NCBI GenBank assembly: GCA_016235455.1
Contig: JACRKZ010000068.1
Coordinates: 14,682 to 78,681, forward strand
Direction: 5' to 3'
Source of the DNA: Armatimonadota bacterium
GTDB lineage: Bacteria; Armatimonadota; UBA10988
Length of the DNA: 64,000 nucleotides
Shown: piece by piece, positions 39,141 through 48,017 of the stretch
Layout of the letters: every line of letters starts with the position of its first letter
Numbering within the stretch: position 1 is the stretch's first letter
The notes under the pieces: generated by a model
What the model was told of the DNA's origin: nothing
Database searches by the model: none
Seen by the model: only the letters and a program-made list of their open reading frames with translations
Position numbers and translations under genes: made by a program

Positions 39141-40271
39141 TCACAGGCACTGCACCGTTCCGGCTTCCACCATGCGCCGGTCCGCTTCCGCCAGACCTGG
39201 CAGGTCCCAGCCTTCAGCCTCGGCGCCGCTCAGCAGCACCTGGTCTGCTTCCTCGGCCAGGGCGATGACCGCCGCGCGACGATGACTGTCCAGTTCTGAC
39301 AGTACATCGTCGAGCAGCAGGATCGGCGCCTCGCCCAGATGTTGTGCCACTACCCGCAATTCTGCCATTTTGAGCGCCAGGGCGGCAGTCCGTTGCTGCC
39401 CCTGGCTGCCGAACGTACGCGCATCGACGTCGTTGACGCGCAACCGCAGATCATCGCGGTGCGGACCGACCAGCGTCAGGCCGCGGCGCATCTCGTCGGT
39501 GCGCTTCACGATGAGCTGCTCTCTCATGCCGTCCGCCAACTGCTCCGGGGTGTCTCCGTCCAGGCGCAGATGGGGCTCGTAGCTCACCTCAAGCTCCTCT
39601 CGGCCGCCGGAGAGCACACGGTGAAGGTCAGCCGCCTCATGGCCCAGTCGGGCCGTCCAGTCGCGTCTGAGCGCCATCATCACCCCGGCGCGGTCGGCCA
39701 ACTCATCGTCCAGGGCGAGCAGCAGGTTCTCGTCGACCCGTCGGCCCGGCCCGCCGCGACCCAAGGCCGAGCGCAGCAGGCTGTTGCGCTGACGCAGCAC
39801 GCCGCGGTAGCCGCCGAGCGCGGTCAGGTAGGCCGAGCTGGTCTGGCCGATGCAGGTGTTGAGGAACTCACGCCGGTCACCCGGCGCGCCGCTGACCAGT
39901 TGCAGCTCGCCCGGCCCGAAATAGACGACGACCAGCTCGCCGATGCCGTCGGCGAGGCGCTTGCGAGGCTGACCGTCGACCCGCAGGCTCTTGCCGCCAT
40001 CGCGTTTGAGGCTGAGGCTGACCGCCACGGGATCGCGCTGGCCGCGCCGCGCTTCGCCGCGGATGACCGCCTCGGCCGCGCCCCAGCGCACCATTTCGCC
40101 ATCACGCGCGGCACGCGGCGAGCGGGCCAGGGCCAGGAGAGCGACGGCCTCGAGCAGGTTGGTCTTGCCCTGGGCGTTGGCGCCCTGGAACACCGTCAGC
40201 CGTCGCTCGAAGGCCAGTTTCAGGCCAACGTAGTTGCGGAAGTCGGTCAGCTCGAGGCGTTCTAGGAACAT
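39141..40271 (-). CDS. recF: DNA replication/repair protein RecF
   Basis: FRNY, GANAQGKTN, GPHRDD, GSQGQQR, LLLDDVLSELD. Confidence 0.97.
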   Translation of the reverse strand: MFLERLELTDFRNYVGLKLAFERRLTVFQGANAQGKTNLLEAVALLALARSPRAARDGEMVRWGAAEAVIRGEARRGQRDPVAVSLSLKRDGGKSLRVDGQPRKRLADGIGELVVVYFGPGELQLVSGAPGDRREFLNTCIGQTSSAYLTALGGYRGVLRQRNSLLRSALGRGGPGRRVDENLLLALDDELADRAGVMMALRRDWTARLGHEAADLHRVLSGGREELEVSYEPHLRLDGDTPEQLADGMREQLIVKRTDEMRRGLTLVGPHRDDLRLRVNDVDARTFGSQGQQRTAALALKMAELRVVAQHLGEAPILLLDDVLSELDSHRRAAVIALAEEADQVLLSGAEAEGWDLPGLAEADRRMVEAGTVQCL

Positions 40272-40281
40272 GCTGGGGTCA

Positions 40282-41412
40282 TCAACCCATCTGCATGGGC
40301 ATCAGCACGTAGACGTAGTCTTCCTCGGCCACCGGCTTGACGGCGCCGGGATGGTTGGAGGCGGTGAGCTGCAGCTTGATCTGCTCGCACTTGAGGTAGA
40401 CCAGCACATCGTGCAGGTAGTCGGCGTTGAAGGCTATTTCCAGGCCCTCGGTGACGCCGCTGGTCACCTCGATCTCGATGTCGTCGAGCATCTCCTCGGC
40501 GCGACCGATCTTGGTGCTGGCGGCGTTGAGGTGCAACTGGCCGTCGACCGTGGCGCGCAGGATCAGCTTGCGGTTATCCTCCCGCGAGACGATAGCGCAG
40601 CGCTTGACGCTCTCGCGCAGGCGCGCCGTGTCCATGGTGATGGTCCAGTCGGTGCGGCTGGGAATGACCTTGCGGTAGTTGGGGAACTCGCCCTCGATGA
40701 GCCGTGAGATGACGGTCACGCCGTCGAAGCGGAACTGCACCTGGCTCTCGGTCAGGTCGATGTTGACCACCGACTTGTCGTCCTCGGACAACAACCGCTC
40801 CACTTCGCGCAGGGCACGCGCCGGGATGATGTGCGCCACGACGCTACCGGGGATATCGTCGATGGCCTCCGAGCAGGTGGCCAGCCGGTGGGTGTCCGTC
40901 GCCACCAGGCGCAGTCGGCCATCCTCGATGGTGAACAACATGCCGGTCAGCCGAGCGCGGGTCTCGTCATGCCCGACGGCGATGATGCACGCGTTGATCA
41001 TGTGCTTGAGCAGGCCTTGAGGCACGGCGAAGCTCGTCTCGCTGTTGAGTGCGGGGATGACCGGGAACTCATCGGCGGGCAGGCCGTGAACTTCCATCTC
41101 GCCGCGGCCACAACGGAATGTGACGTGGTCGCTGTCGTCGCTCTCCACCACCAGCGGCGGACCGGCCGGCTGCGCGCCGACCACTTCGCTAAACAGGCGC
41201 GCGGGCAGCGTGGTGCGACCGACAATCTCGGTGTCCACGGCCAGGCGAGCGCGAATGCCGATCTCGTGATCGGTGGCCGAAAGGGTCAGACCGTCGCCGT
41301 CGGCTTCCAGCAGAATGTTGGACAAGATGGGCAGCGTGCTGCGGCTGGAGACCGCGCGCTGCACCGTGCCAATGGCCTGCTGGAGCTGCTCACGCTGCGT
41401 GACGAACTTCAT
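40282..41412 (-). CDS. dnaN: DNA polymerase III beta clamp
   Basis: TLPILSNIL, ATDTHRL, SRLIEGEFPNY, VLMPM. Confidence 0.97.
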   Translation of the reverse strand: MKFVTQREQLQQAIGTVQRAVSSRSTLPILSNILLEADGDGLTLSATDHEIGIRARLAVDTEIVGRTTLPARLFSEVVGAQPAGPPLVVESDDSDHVTFRCGRGEMEVHGLPADEFPVIPALNSETSFAVPQGLLKHMINACIIAVGHDETRARLTGMLFTIEDGRLRLVATDTHRLATCSEAIDDIPGSVVAHIIPARALREVERLLSEDDKSVVNIDLTESQVQFRFDGVTVISRLIEGEFPNYRKVIPSRTDWTITMDTARLRESVKRCAIVSREDNRKLILRATVDGQLHLNAASTKIGRAEEMLDDIEIEVTSGVTEGLEIAFNADYLHDVLVYLKCEQIKLQLTASNHPGAVKPVAEEDYVYVLMPMQMG

Positions 41413-41434
41413 TGCTGGTGGCTCCTCATACGGA

Positions 41435-41658
41435 TTGTCCACAACCGGGTCGAGCCCTTCGACAGAGACTCTTATGAATCTAGATCAGCGATCAGTAGCA
41501 GTAGGCCCGGTGGAAACGGTGGAAACCGTCGACCGGCCGCTCCCGGGGCCAATCGGGGCGGTGGATAGTCTGGTGGATAACCACCGGACTCTTGTTGACT
41601 TGTCCACCGGCCGCGAGCGCCCATGATATCCCCAAACCTATCCACCGTGCAATCCACC
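41435..41658. promoter_or_regulatory. Probable oriC: DnaA-trios, GC spacer and DnaA-box cluster
   Basis: CAG TAG CAG TAG (41493-41504), GCCC, then GGTGGAAAC twice (41509-41526). Further boxes at 41435, 41560, 41572, 41600, 41638 and 41650. Confidence 0.75.
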
Positions 41659-41665
41659 GGCTTCT

Positions 41666-41698
41666 CGACCGAAACGGTGTCAGGACCCGTTTCGGTCG
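41666..41698. repeat. Short hairpin related to the 29846 repeat family
   Basis: CGACCGAAACGG-TGTCAGGAC-CCGTTTCGGTCG shares AAACGGTGTCAGG...CCGTTTCG. Confidence 0.7.
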
Positions 41699-41816
41699 CG
41701 GGGCGCTACCTGCTGGCGCATCCGGCGGATGGTGTTAGACTGTAAGGATAGTGGGTCCAGCCGGCCATGACCAGTGGTGACGGCGGACACGGAGCAGAGC
41801 CACAGAAGGACGGGCG

Positions 41817-43085
41817 ATGAGGGCCGAGATTGTCTGCGTCGGGACCGAGTTGCTGCTAGGCAACATCGTCAACACGAACGCCGCGGCCATCGCTCGTGAT
41901 CTGGCGGTGTGGGGCGTCGATGTCTACCACCACAGTACGGTGGGCGACAATCCAGAGCGCTGCGCCGAGGTGCTGCGCACCGCCATGCTGCGGGCCGACG
42001 CGGTGATCGTCACCGGCGGCATCGGCCCGACTCCCGATGACTGCACGCGTGAGGCCCTGGCCGCGGTCTTGGGCGTCGAGCTGGTCCGGCCACCCGAGCT
42101 GATGGCCGTGCTGGAGGCGCGCTATGCCGCCTGGGGGCGCAAGCCCAGCGCCAGCAGCCTGAAGCAGGCCGAGTTGCCAGCCGGCTGCCTGCCCATCAAC
42201 AATCCTACCGGCAGCGCCGTTGGAGTCCTGGCGGCGCCAAGCGAGGGTCCCTTCGCTGGCCATGCGGTCTATGTTTTGCCCGGTGTTCCGAGCGAAATGG
42301 AACGGATGCTCGCCGAAGGCGTCTTGCCTGATCTGAGAGCGCGGTTTGGGTTGACCACCGGGCTGTGGCAGCGCGTCCTGCGGAGCCGGAATCTGGGCGA
42401 AAGCCTGATTGCCGACCGCCTGGCCGACCTGCTGACCGGCAGTACCAACCCGACCGTGGCCACATACGTCAAGAATGCGGAGGTCGAGATTCGATTGACG
42501 TGTCGCGCAAGCGATGCGTCGCAAGCCGAGAGCCTGTTCGCGCCGGTCCAAGCGGAGATCCTCCAACGGCTGGGCGACTTCATCTACGGGCTCGACGACG
42601 AGGGTTACGAGAAGCAGATTGGTCGATTGCTGGCCGAGCGCGGCGCGCTCCTGGCCACCGCCGAGAGTTGTACAGGCGGGCAGATCGGCGATCTGGTCAC
42701 TTCGGTGCCGGGCAGTTCCGGTTGGTACCGAGGTGGTGTGGTGGCCTACAGCAATGCGCTCAAGCAGTCGTTGCTGGCGGTCGATGAGGGTGTCTTGGCG
42801 GAACAGGGCGCGGTCAGTGAAGCCTGCGCCCGGGCCATGGCTGAGGGCGTGGTGGCGTCGTTGGACGCCGACTTCGGCCTGGCTGTGACCGGCATTGCCG
42901 GTCCGGACGGCGGCACTGACGCCAAGCCGGTCGGACTGGTCTACCTGGCGATCTGTGATCGGCGGGCTGCGGTGACGGTGGTCAAGGAGAGAAAGTTCAC
43001 CGGCACGCGCGCGTTGATCAAGGAGCGCACGGCACTGGCGGCCCTCGAACTGGCCTGCCGGTACATGAATGGATCGGAACCGTGA
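41817..43085 (+). CDS. cinA: CinA (MCF domain plus NMN deamidase PncC)
   Basis: GTELLLG, VGDN, GGIGPTPDD, PGVPSE, AESCTGG, GAVSE, TGIAGP. Confidence 0.93.
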   Translation: MRAEIVCVGTELLLGNIVNTNAAAIARDLAVWGVDVYHHSTVGDNPERCAEVLRTAMLRADAVIVTGGIGPTPDDCTREALAAVLGVELVRPPELMAVLEARYAAWGRKPSASSLKQAELPAGCLPINNPTGSAVGVLAAPSEGPFAGHAVYVLPGVPSEMERMLAEGVLPDLRARFGLTTGLWQRVLRSRNLGESLIADRLADLLTGSTNPTVATYVKNAEVEIRLTCRASDASQAESLFAPVQAEILQRLGDFIYGLDDEGYEKQIGRLLAERGALLATAESCTGGQIGDLVTSVPGSSGWYRGGVVAYSNALKQSLLAVDEGVLAEQGAVSEACARAMAEGVVASLDADFGLAVTGIAGPDGGTDAKPVGLVYLAICDRRAAVTVVKERKFTGTRALIKERTALAALELACRYMNGSEP

Positions 43086-43753
43086 GAGCTTTCCTGGCGA
43101 TCGTGCCACCGCGGGTGGTGCGTGATGCGGTCGAACTGGTACGGGATCCGCTGCGCGATGCCGCACCGGGTGGACGTTGGGTGCATCCGTCGTTGTGGCA
43201 CCTGACGCTCAAATTCCTGGGCGATGTCGAGGACGAACTGGTGCCCGCCGTGGCCGATCTGGCCAGCGAAGTGGCGCAACGATTCGAGGCCTTCCGCCTC
43301 GGCCTCGGTGGCCTCGGCGTCTACCCCAACATGGAGCGTCCACGCACCCTGTGGGTCGGCTCCACGCAGGGCGCCGAGCAGTTTGAGGCGCTCGCCGCCG
43401 CGCTCGACGGCGGGCTCGACGGCCTCGGCTTCCAGCCCGAAGACGAGATCATCCGCGCCCATCTGACCGTGGCCCGGTTCCGCGACAACCACGAATTTGG
43501 CGAACTCGCCGGCCATATCGGCCCCGGCGCGGAGATCGCCAGCTTCGCGGTCAAGGAGCTGGTGCTCATGCGCAGTGTCCTGCGGCCCCGTGGCCCCGAC
43601 TACAGCGTGGTCGAGAAGCTGCCGCTGGTCATCCCCGAGGGCTTTGAAGTGCCCGACGAGGAGGATCTGGCCGCCGATTCCGCCGCGGCCGAGCCCGGCG
43701 CGGCCGAAGAGCCGAACCCGGCGGCCGAGACCGAGGCCACCAGCGAAGCCTGA
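43082..43753 (+). CDS. thpR: RNA 2',3'-cyclic phosphodiesterase (2H family)
   Basis: RAFLAI, HLTLKFLG, HLTVAR; acidic tail. Confidence 0.9.
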   Translation: MRAFLAIVPPRVVRDAVELVRDPLRDAAPGGRWVHPSLWHLTLKFLGDVEDELVPAVADLASEVAQRFEAFRLGLGGLGVYPNMERPRTLWVGSTQGAEQFEALAAALDGGLDGLGFQPEDEIIRAHLTVARFRDNHEFGELAGHIGPGAEIASFAVKELVLMRSVLRPRGPDYSVVEKLPLVIPEGFEVPDEEDLAADSAAAEPGAAEEPNPAAETEATSEA

Positions 43754-43780
43754 TTGCGGAAGGGCACTGGCCCTGACGCT

Positions 43781-43818
43781 CGAAATGCCCATCGGGGAGA
43801 TTCCCGATGGGCATTTCG
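43781..43818 (+). promoter_or_regulatory. 16-bp perfect hairpin enclosing the start codon of the next gene
   Basis: CGAAATGCCCATCGGG-GAGATT-CCCGATGGGCATTTCG; the ATG at 43807 is in the 3' arm. Confidence 0.55.
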
Positions 43819-44919
43819 TTGGCGCTGCTGGGTTGCGGCGCGTTCGGCTCCAGCTTCATCCGCCACTGGCGCGCACATCCCGATGTCGCGCGCTTCGCGC
43901 TGTGTGATCATGACTCCGCACGCCTGGCCGCGGCTGCTCGCGAGCATGATGTCACCGAGACCTACGACTCGCTCGAGGCGCTGGTCGCCTCGGACATCGA
44001 GGCCGTCGCGCTCTTCAGCCAGCACTGGATGCACGCGCCGCAGGCCGTGGCGCTGCTCGATGCCGGCAAGCATGTCTACTCGGCCGTGCCCGCCGCGGCC
44101 AGTCTCGACGAATGTGATGCGCTGGTCCGCGCCGTCGAGCGCAGTGGCCGCCTCTACATGATGGGCGAGACCAGCTTGTTCCGCGCCGAGTGCGCCTACT
44201 GCTGCCAGCGCGCGGCGGCCGGCGACTTCGGCCATCTGGTCCACTTCGACGCCGAGTACCTGCATGACCTCGACCACGGCCTGCGCGATGTGCTGCGCAA
44301 TCGCCTGGGTGAGGCCTTCAGCATGAGCCGGACCGGCGCGCCGCCGATGCACTACCCGACGCACTCGATCGGCTTCGTCATGGCCATCTGCGCCGCGGTC
44401 GACCCCGACGTCCATGTGACCTCGGTGTCGGCGCTGGGTACGGCCATCCCTGGCGACGACTGGCACCGCGCCGATACCGACTGGCACAACCCGTATGGCA
44501 ACGAGATCGCGCTGCTGGAGCTGAGCTGCGGCGCCACGGCGCGCATCGCCGAAATGCGCAAGGTCGGCCATCCCGGCGCCGAGCGGGTGGCCCGCGTCTA
44601 CGGCACCGAGGGCACGTTCGAGCTCGGCAGCCGCGGCGCGAGCTGGTGCACCAAGTCGGGTTGCGAGCCGGTGGAGCCGACGCTCGACTTCGCGCCGCTG
44701 CCCGCGGCCCTGGCCGCGGACCGTGGCGGGCATGGCGGGTCGCACGCGCATCTGGTGCATGAGTTCGTCAGTGCGGTGCGCGACGGCCGGCAGCCACGGA
44801 TGAACGTCTGGCAGGCGGTGCGGACGCTGGCGCCGGGCCTCGTGGCGCACGAGTCGACGGTGCAGCAGGGACGGCGCCTGCCGGTGCCGGACTGGGGATC
44901 GGGGCCGGGGTCGGCATGA
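43807..44919 (+). CDS. Gfo/Idh/MocA oxidoreductase
   Basis: LGCGAFG, GKHVYSAVP, YMMGET, YPTHS, GGHGGSH. Confidence 0.88.
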   Translation: MGISLALLGCGAFGSSFIRHWRAHPDVARFALCDHDSARLAAAAREHDVTETYDSLEALVASDIEAVALFSQHWMHAPQAVALLDAGKHVYSAVPAAASLDECDALVRAVERSGRLYMMGETSLFRAECAYCCQRAAAGDFGHLVHFDAEYLHDLDHGLRDVLRNRLGEAFSMSRTGAPPMHYPTHSIGFVMAICAAVDPDVHVTSVSALGTAIPGDDWHRADTDWHNPYGNEIALLELSCGATARIAEMRKVGHPGAERVARVYGTEGTFELGSRGASWCTKSGCEPVEPTLDFAPLPAALAADRGGHGGSHAHLVHEFVSAVRDGRQPRMNVWQAVRTLAPGLVAHESTVQQGRRLPVPDWGSGPGSA

Positions 44920-44984
44920 CATGGCCAGAACGTGCCGGGGCCGAGGGTGTTGCTCTGGGCTGGTAGGGCGCCGGGCCGTCGGCC

Positions 44985-45467
44985 CTAAGCGCCCAGCCAC
45001 AGCCGGTAATCGGCCGGATCCTGCCAGTCGATGGGCCGCGCGGCCAGATGGTGATCGCCCGACTCGACCCAGGCCTGGGCCGTCTCGCGGGCGATGGGCT
45101 GCAGGTCGTCACGGGCCAGCAATCGGTCGGGGCTGAGCCAGACGACCTCGCTGACCTCGTTGCCGTCGGCCGTGGTGGCCTCGCTGAGCGCGCGCATGGC
45201 GAACACGAAGTAGAGGTTGGGCAGCGGCTCCTCGCGGCGTTGGCGAACCATGAGGATGCCGAGCGGCTCGGCCTCGACGCCGGTCTCTTCACGGACCTCG
45301 CGCGTGGCCGTCTCGTGCAGGAGTTCGCCGGGGTCGAGGTGGCCGCCGGGGATCATCAGTCGGCCCTTGGCCGGACCATAGGTCATGCGGACCAACAGCA
45401 CGCAGCCGTCGGCCCGCACGACCCAGCCGCCCACGCCGACCGAGTGTTGGCTGGCGGGCAGTGACAT
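44985..45467 (-). CDS. Nudix hydrolase
   Basis: GGHLDPGELLHETATREVREETGV Nudix box; start overlaps the hisG stop. Confidence 0.9.
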   Translation of the reverse strand: MSLPASQHSVGVGGWVVRADGCVLLVRMTYGPAKGRLMIPGGHLDPGELLHETATREVREETGVEAEPLGILMVRQRREEPLPNLYFVFAMRALSEATTADGNEVSEVVWLSPDRLLARDDLQPIARETAQAWVESGDHHLAARPIDWQDPADYRLWLGA

Positions 45468-46339
45468 CAGACGATCTTGTTGATGGGCAGCTCGATGATG
45501 CCCTCGGCGCCGACCGTGCGGAGCTGCGGTATGAGCTCGCGCACTTCGCTCTCGGAGACCACGGTCTCCACCGCGAGCCAGTCGCTCTGGTAGAGGTGGT
45601 TGACCGTCGGCGAGTTGATCGACGGCAGCAGACCGATGACGGCCTGCACCGCGGACTCGGGGCAGTTCATCTTGAGCAGCACCATGCCGTCGGCTTCCAG
45701 CGCGCCGCGCAGCAACATGGCGATCTGCTCGATCTTGCGCCGCTTGAAGCCATCTTCCCAAGCCGCCTGGTTGGCGATGAACTTGGTGTTGGTCTCGAGC
45801 AGCGTGTGGATGATGCGCAGGCCGTGGGCCTTGATGGTGGAGCCGGTCTCGGTGACCTCGACAATGGCATCGACCAGACCTTCAGCCACCTTGCCCTCGG
45901 TGGCGCCCCACGAGAACTCGGTGTCGACGGTGATGCCGCGCTCGGCGAAGTAGCGCTTGGTGAAGCCGACCAGCTCGGTGGCGATGCGTTTGCCCTGCAG
46001 GTCCTCGATCGTGTTATAGGGCGAGTCGCCGCGCACCGCGAGCACCCACTTGGCCTTCTGGGTGGAAACCTTGGAGTAGATCAGGTCGGCGATGTACTCG
46101 ACCTTGGCGTCGTGCTCCAGGATCCAGTCGAGCCCGGTCAGGCCGCAGTCCAGCGTGCCCTGCTCGACGTACTTGGCCATTTCCTGCGCGCGCACCAGGG
46201 CGCACTCGATCTCGGGATCGTCGATCTGCGGGAAGTAGTTGCGCGACGAGCCGCGGATGCGCCAGCCGCTGCGGCGGAACAGGTCGATGGTGGCCTCTTC
46301 GAGGCTACCCTTGGGAATACCCAGTTTCAAGACACTCAT
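45467..46339 (-). CDS. hisG: ATP phosphoribosyltransferase (long form)
   Basis: GIPKGSL, RAQE, GLTGLDW, SWGATE, ETGST, C-terminal regulatory domain. Confidence 0.95.
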   Translation of the reverse strand: MSVLKLGIPKGSLEEATIDLFRRSGWRIRGSSRNYFPQIDDPEIECALVRAQEMAKYVEQGTLDCGLTGLDWILEHDAKVEYIADLIYSKVSTQKAKWVLAVRGDSPYNTIEDLQGKRIATELVGFTKRYFAERGITVDTEFSWGATEGKVAEGLVDAIVEVTETGSTIKAHGLRIIHTLLETNTKFIANQAAWEDGFKRRKIEQIAMLLRGALEADGMVLLKMNCPESAVQAVIGLLPSINSPTVNHLYQSDWLAVETVVSESEVRELIPQLRTVGAEGIIELPINKIV

Positions 46340-46722
46340 GATCCATACACCTTCTTGGGGTCGAAGAGCGGCTCGCCCTCGACCGTAAAGCCTTCGTCGC
46401 CGAGCACGCGGTAGAAGCAACTGCGGTGGCCGGTATGGCAGGCGGCATCGCCGATCTGCTCGACCTTGATCACCACGGCGTCGAGATCGCAGTCGATGCG
46501 GATCTCGTGCACCTGCTGCACGTTGCCCGAGCTTTCGCCCTTCTTCCACAGCTTGCTGCGCGAGCGGCTCCAATAGGTGGCGACCCGGGTCTGGAGGGTA
46601 TGATGCCAGGCTTCCTCGTTCATGTAAGCCACCATCAGGATGGTGCCGTCATGCACGTCCTGGGCGATCACGGTTACGAGGCCCCCGCCTTTGGCGAAAT
46701 CGGGGGTGAGTTGCTCTGCCAT
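46336..46722 (-). CDS. hisI: Phosphoribosyl-AMP cyclohydrolase (monofunctional)
   Basis: [30 protein letters not shown]. Confidence 0.95.
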   Translation of the reverse strand: MAEQLTPDFAKGGGLVTVIAQDVHDGTILMVAYMNEEAWHHTLQTRVATYWSRSRSKLWKKGESSGNVQQVHEIRIDCDLDAVVIKVEQIGDAACHTGHRSCFYRVLGDEGFTVEGEPLFDPKKVYGS

Positions 46723-46796
46723 GGCTGTCTCCAGTCCCTTCCAGGGTTGATACGCGCTGCAAAAGGCCCCCTCCAGAGCCCAACGAGCGCCGCTTC

Positions 46797-46825
46797 ATGG
46801 TAGGGCCGGCCCCATTAGCTGTCAA
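46797..46825 (-). promoter_or_regulatory. Sigma70-type promoter for hisI-hisG-nudix
   Basis: TTGACA, 17 nt, TACCAT. Confidence 0.65.
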
Positions 46826-46973
46826 CGAAGCGCGCTGCGCGCGCGGCGTGGGGCGTGCTGCTCGACGCGCGGCATAGGGCGTGGGGGGAACGATAGGTCA
46901 CGCAGGCGATCTGCCCGCGCGCAGCGCGGCACCCCTCACGGTCTGCGCCCTACGCCGCACGCGAAGCGCGCCC

Positions 46974-48011
46974 TCACCAGCCGTGCGGCACGTCGTCCTC
47001 GCCGTCGATGTCGGGCAGGTTCTCGGGTTTCTGACCGCGGTGGTCGGCCAGGTCGCCGGTGGGTTCGGTGGGTTCGGCATCGCCCAGCAGCGCGCCGGCG
47101 ATGTTGGCCACGCCACCGGCCAGGCCTTCCAGGTCGTAGCCGCCCTCCAGGCAGGCCACGACGCGGCCCTGGCAGAACTCGGCGGCCCAGTCCAGCACGC
47201 GGCGGGTCATCTGGCCGAAGCCGCTGTTGGTCACGCGCATCTGGCCGAGCGGGTCGCGTTCGTGGGTGTCCTGGCCGGCCGAGACCAGGATCAGCTCGGG
47301 CGAGAAGGCCCGGACCGCCGGCGCGACGATCTCGTCGAGCAGTTGCAGGTAATCGGCGTCGCGGCGGCCGGGGCGCAGCGGCAGGTTCAGCGTGGCGCCC
47401 TCGCCGGCGCCGGCGCCGCGTTCGTCCTCGGCGCCGCTGAAGGGGTACCAGTTGACCTGGTGCAGCGAGCAGAAGAAGACGTTGGGGTCCTCGTAGAACG
47501 CCTCCTGGGTACCGTTGCCGTGGTGGACGTCCCAGTCGAGGATGAATACGCGCTCGATGCCCCGCTGCTGCGCGGCGCGGGCGCTCAGCGCGATGTTGTT
47601 GAACAGGCAGAAGCCCATGCCGCGGCTGGGCCGCGCGTGGTGGCCGGGCGGGCGCGTGAGCACCAGCGCGTTGTCCACCTCGCCCTCGAGCACGGCCTCG
47701 ACCGCCACCAGTGCGCCACCGGCGCTGAGCCGGGCAATGCGGTAGCTGGCCGGGCAGATGTGCGTGTCGGGGTCGAGCGAGCCGCCGCCCTCGTCGGCGA
47801 CCGCGCGGACATGGTCGATGTACTCCGGCTCATGCACCCAGGCGATCTGCTCGGCGGTGGCGGGGCGCGGCTTGTAGTAGGCCATGCGCGGCCAGAGCCC
47901 GGTCTCCACCAGCGTCGACCAGATGGCCCGCAGACGTTGGGGCCGCTCGGGATGGAGTGGCCCGTTGTCGTGCAGCAGGTATTCGTCGTGCGTGATAAGT
48001 CCGGTCGACAT
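46974..48011 (-). CDS. Zn-dependent histone deacetylase-family protein
   Basis: HPERPQRL, RPPGHHA, GFCLFNN, DWDVHHGNGTQ, LEGGY. Confidence 0.93.
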   Translation of the reverse strand: MSTGLITHDEYLLHDNGPLHPERPQRLRAIWSTLVETGLWPRMAYYKPRPATAEQIAWVHEPEYIDHVRAVADEGGGSLDPDTHICPASYRIARLSAGGALVAVEAVLEGEVDNALVLTRPPGHHARPSRGMGFCLFNNIALSARAAQQRGIERVFILDWDVHHGNGTQEAFYEDPNVFFCSLHQVNWYPFSGAEDERGAGAGEGATLNLPLRPGRRDADYLQLLDEIVAPAVRAFSPELILVSAGQDTHERDPLGQMRVTNSGFGQMTRRVLDWAAEFCQGRVVACLEGGYDLEGLAGGVANIAGALLGDAEPTEPTGDLADHRGQKPENLPDIDGEDDVPHGW

Positions 48012-48017
48012 CGCTGG

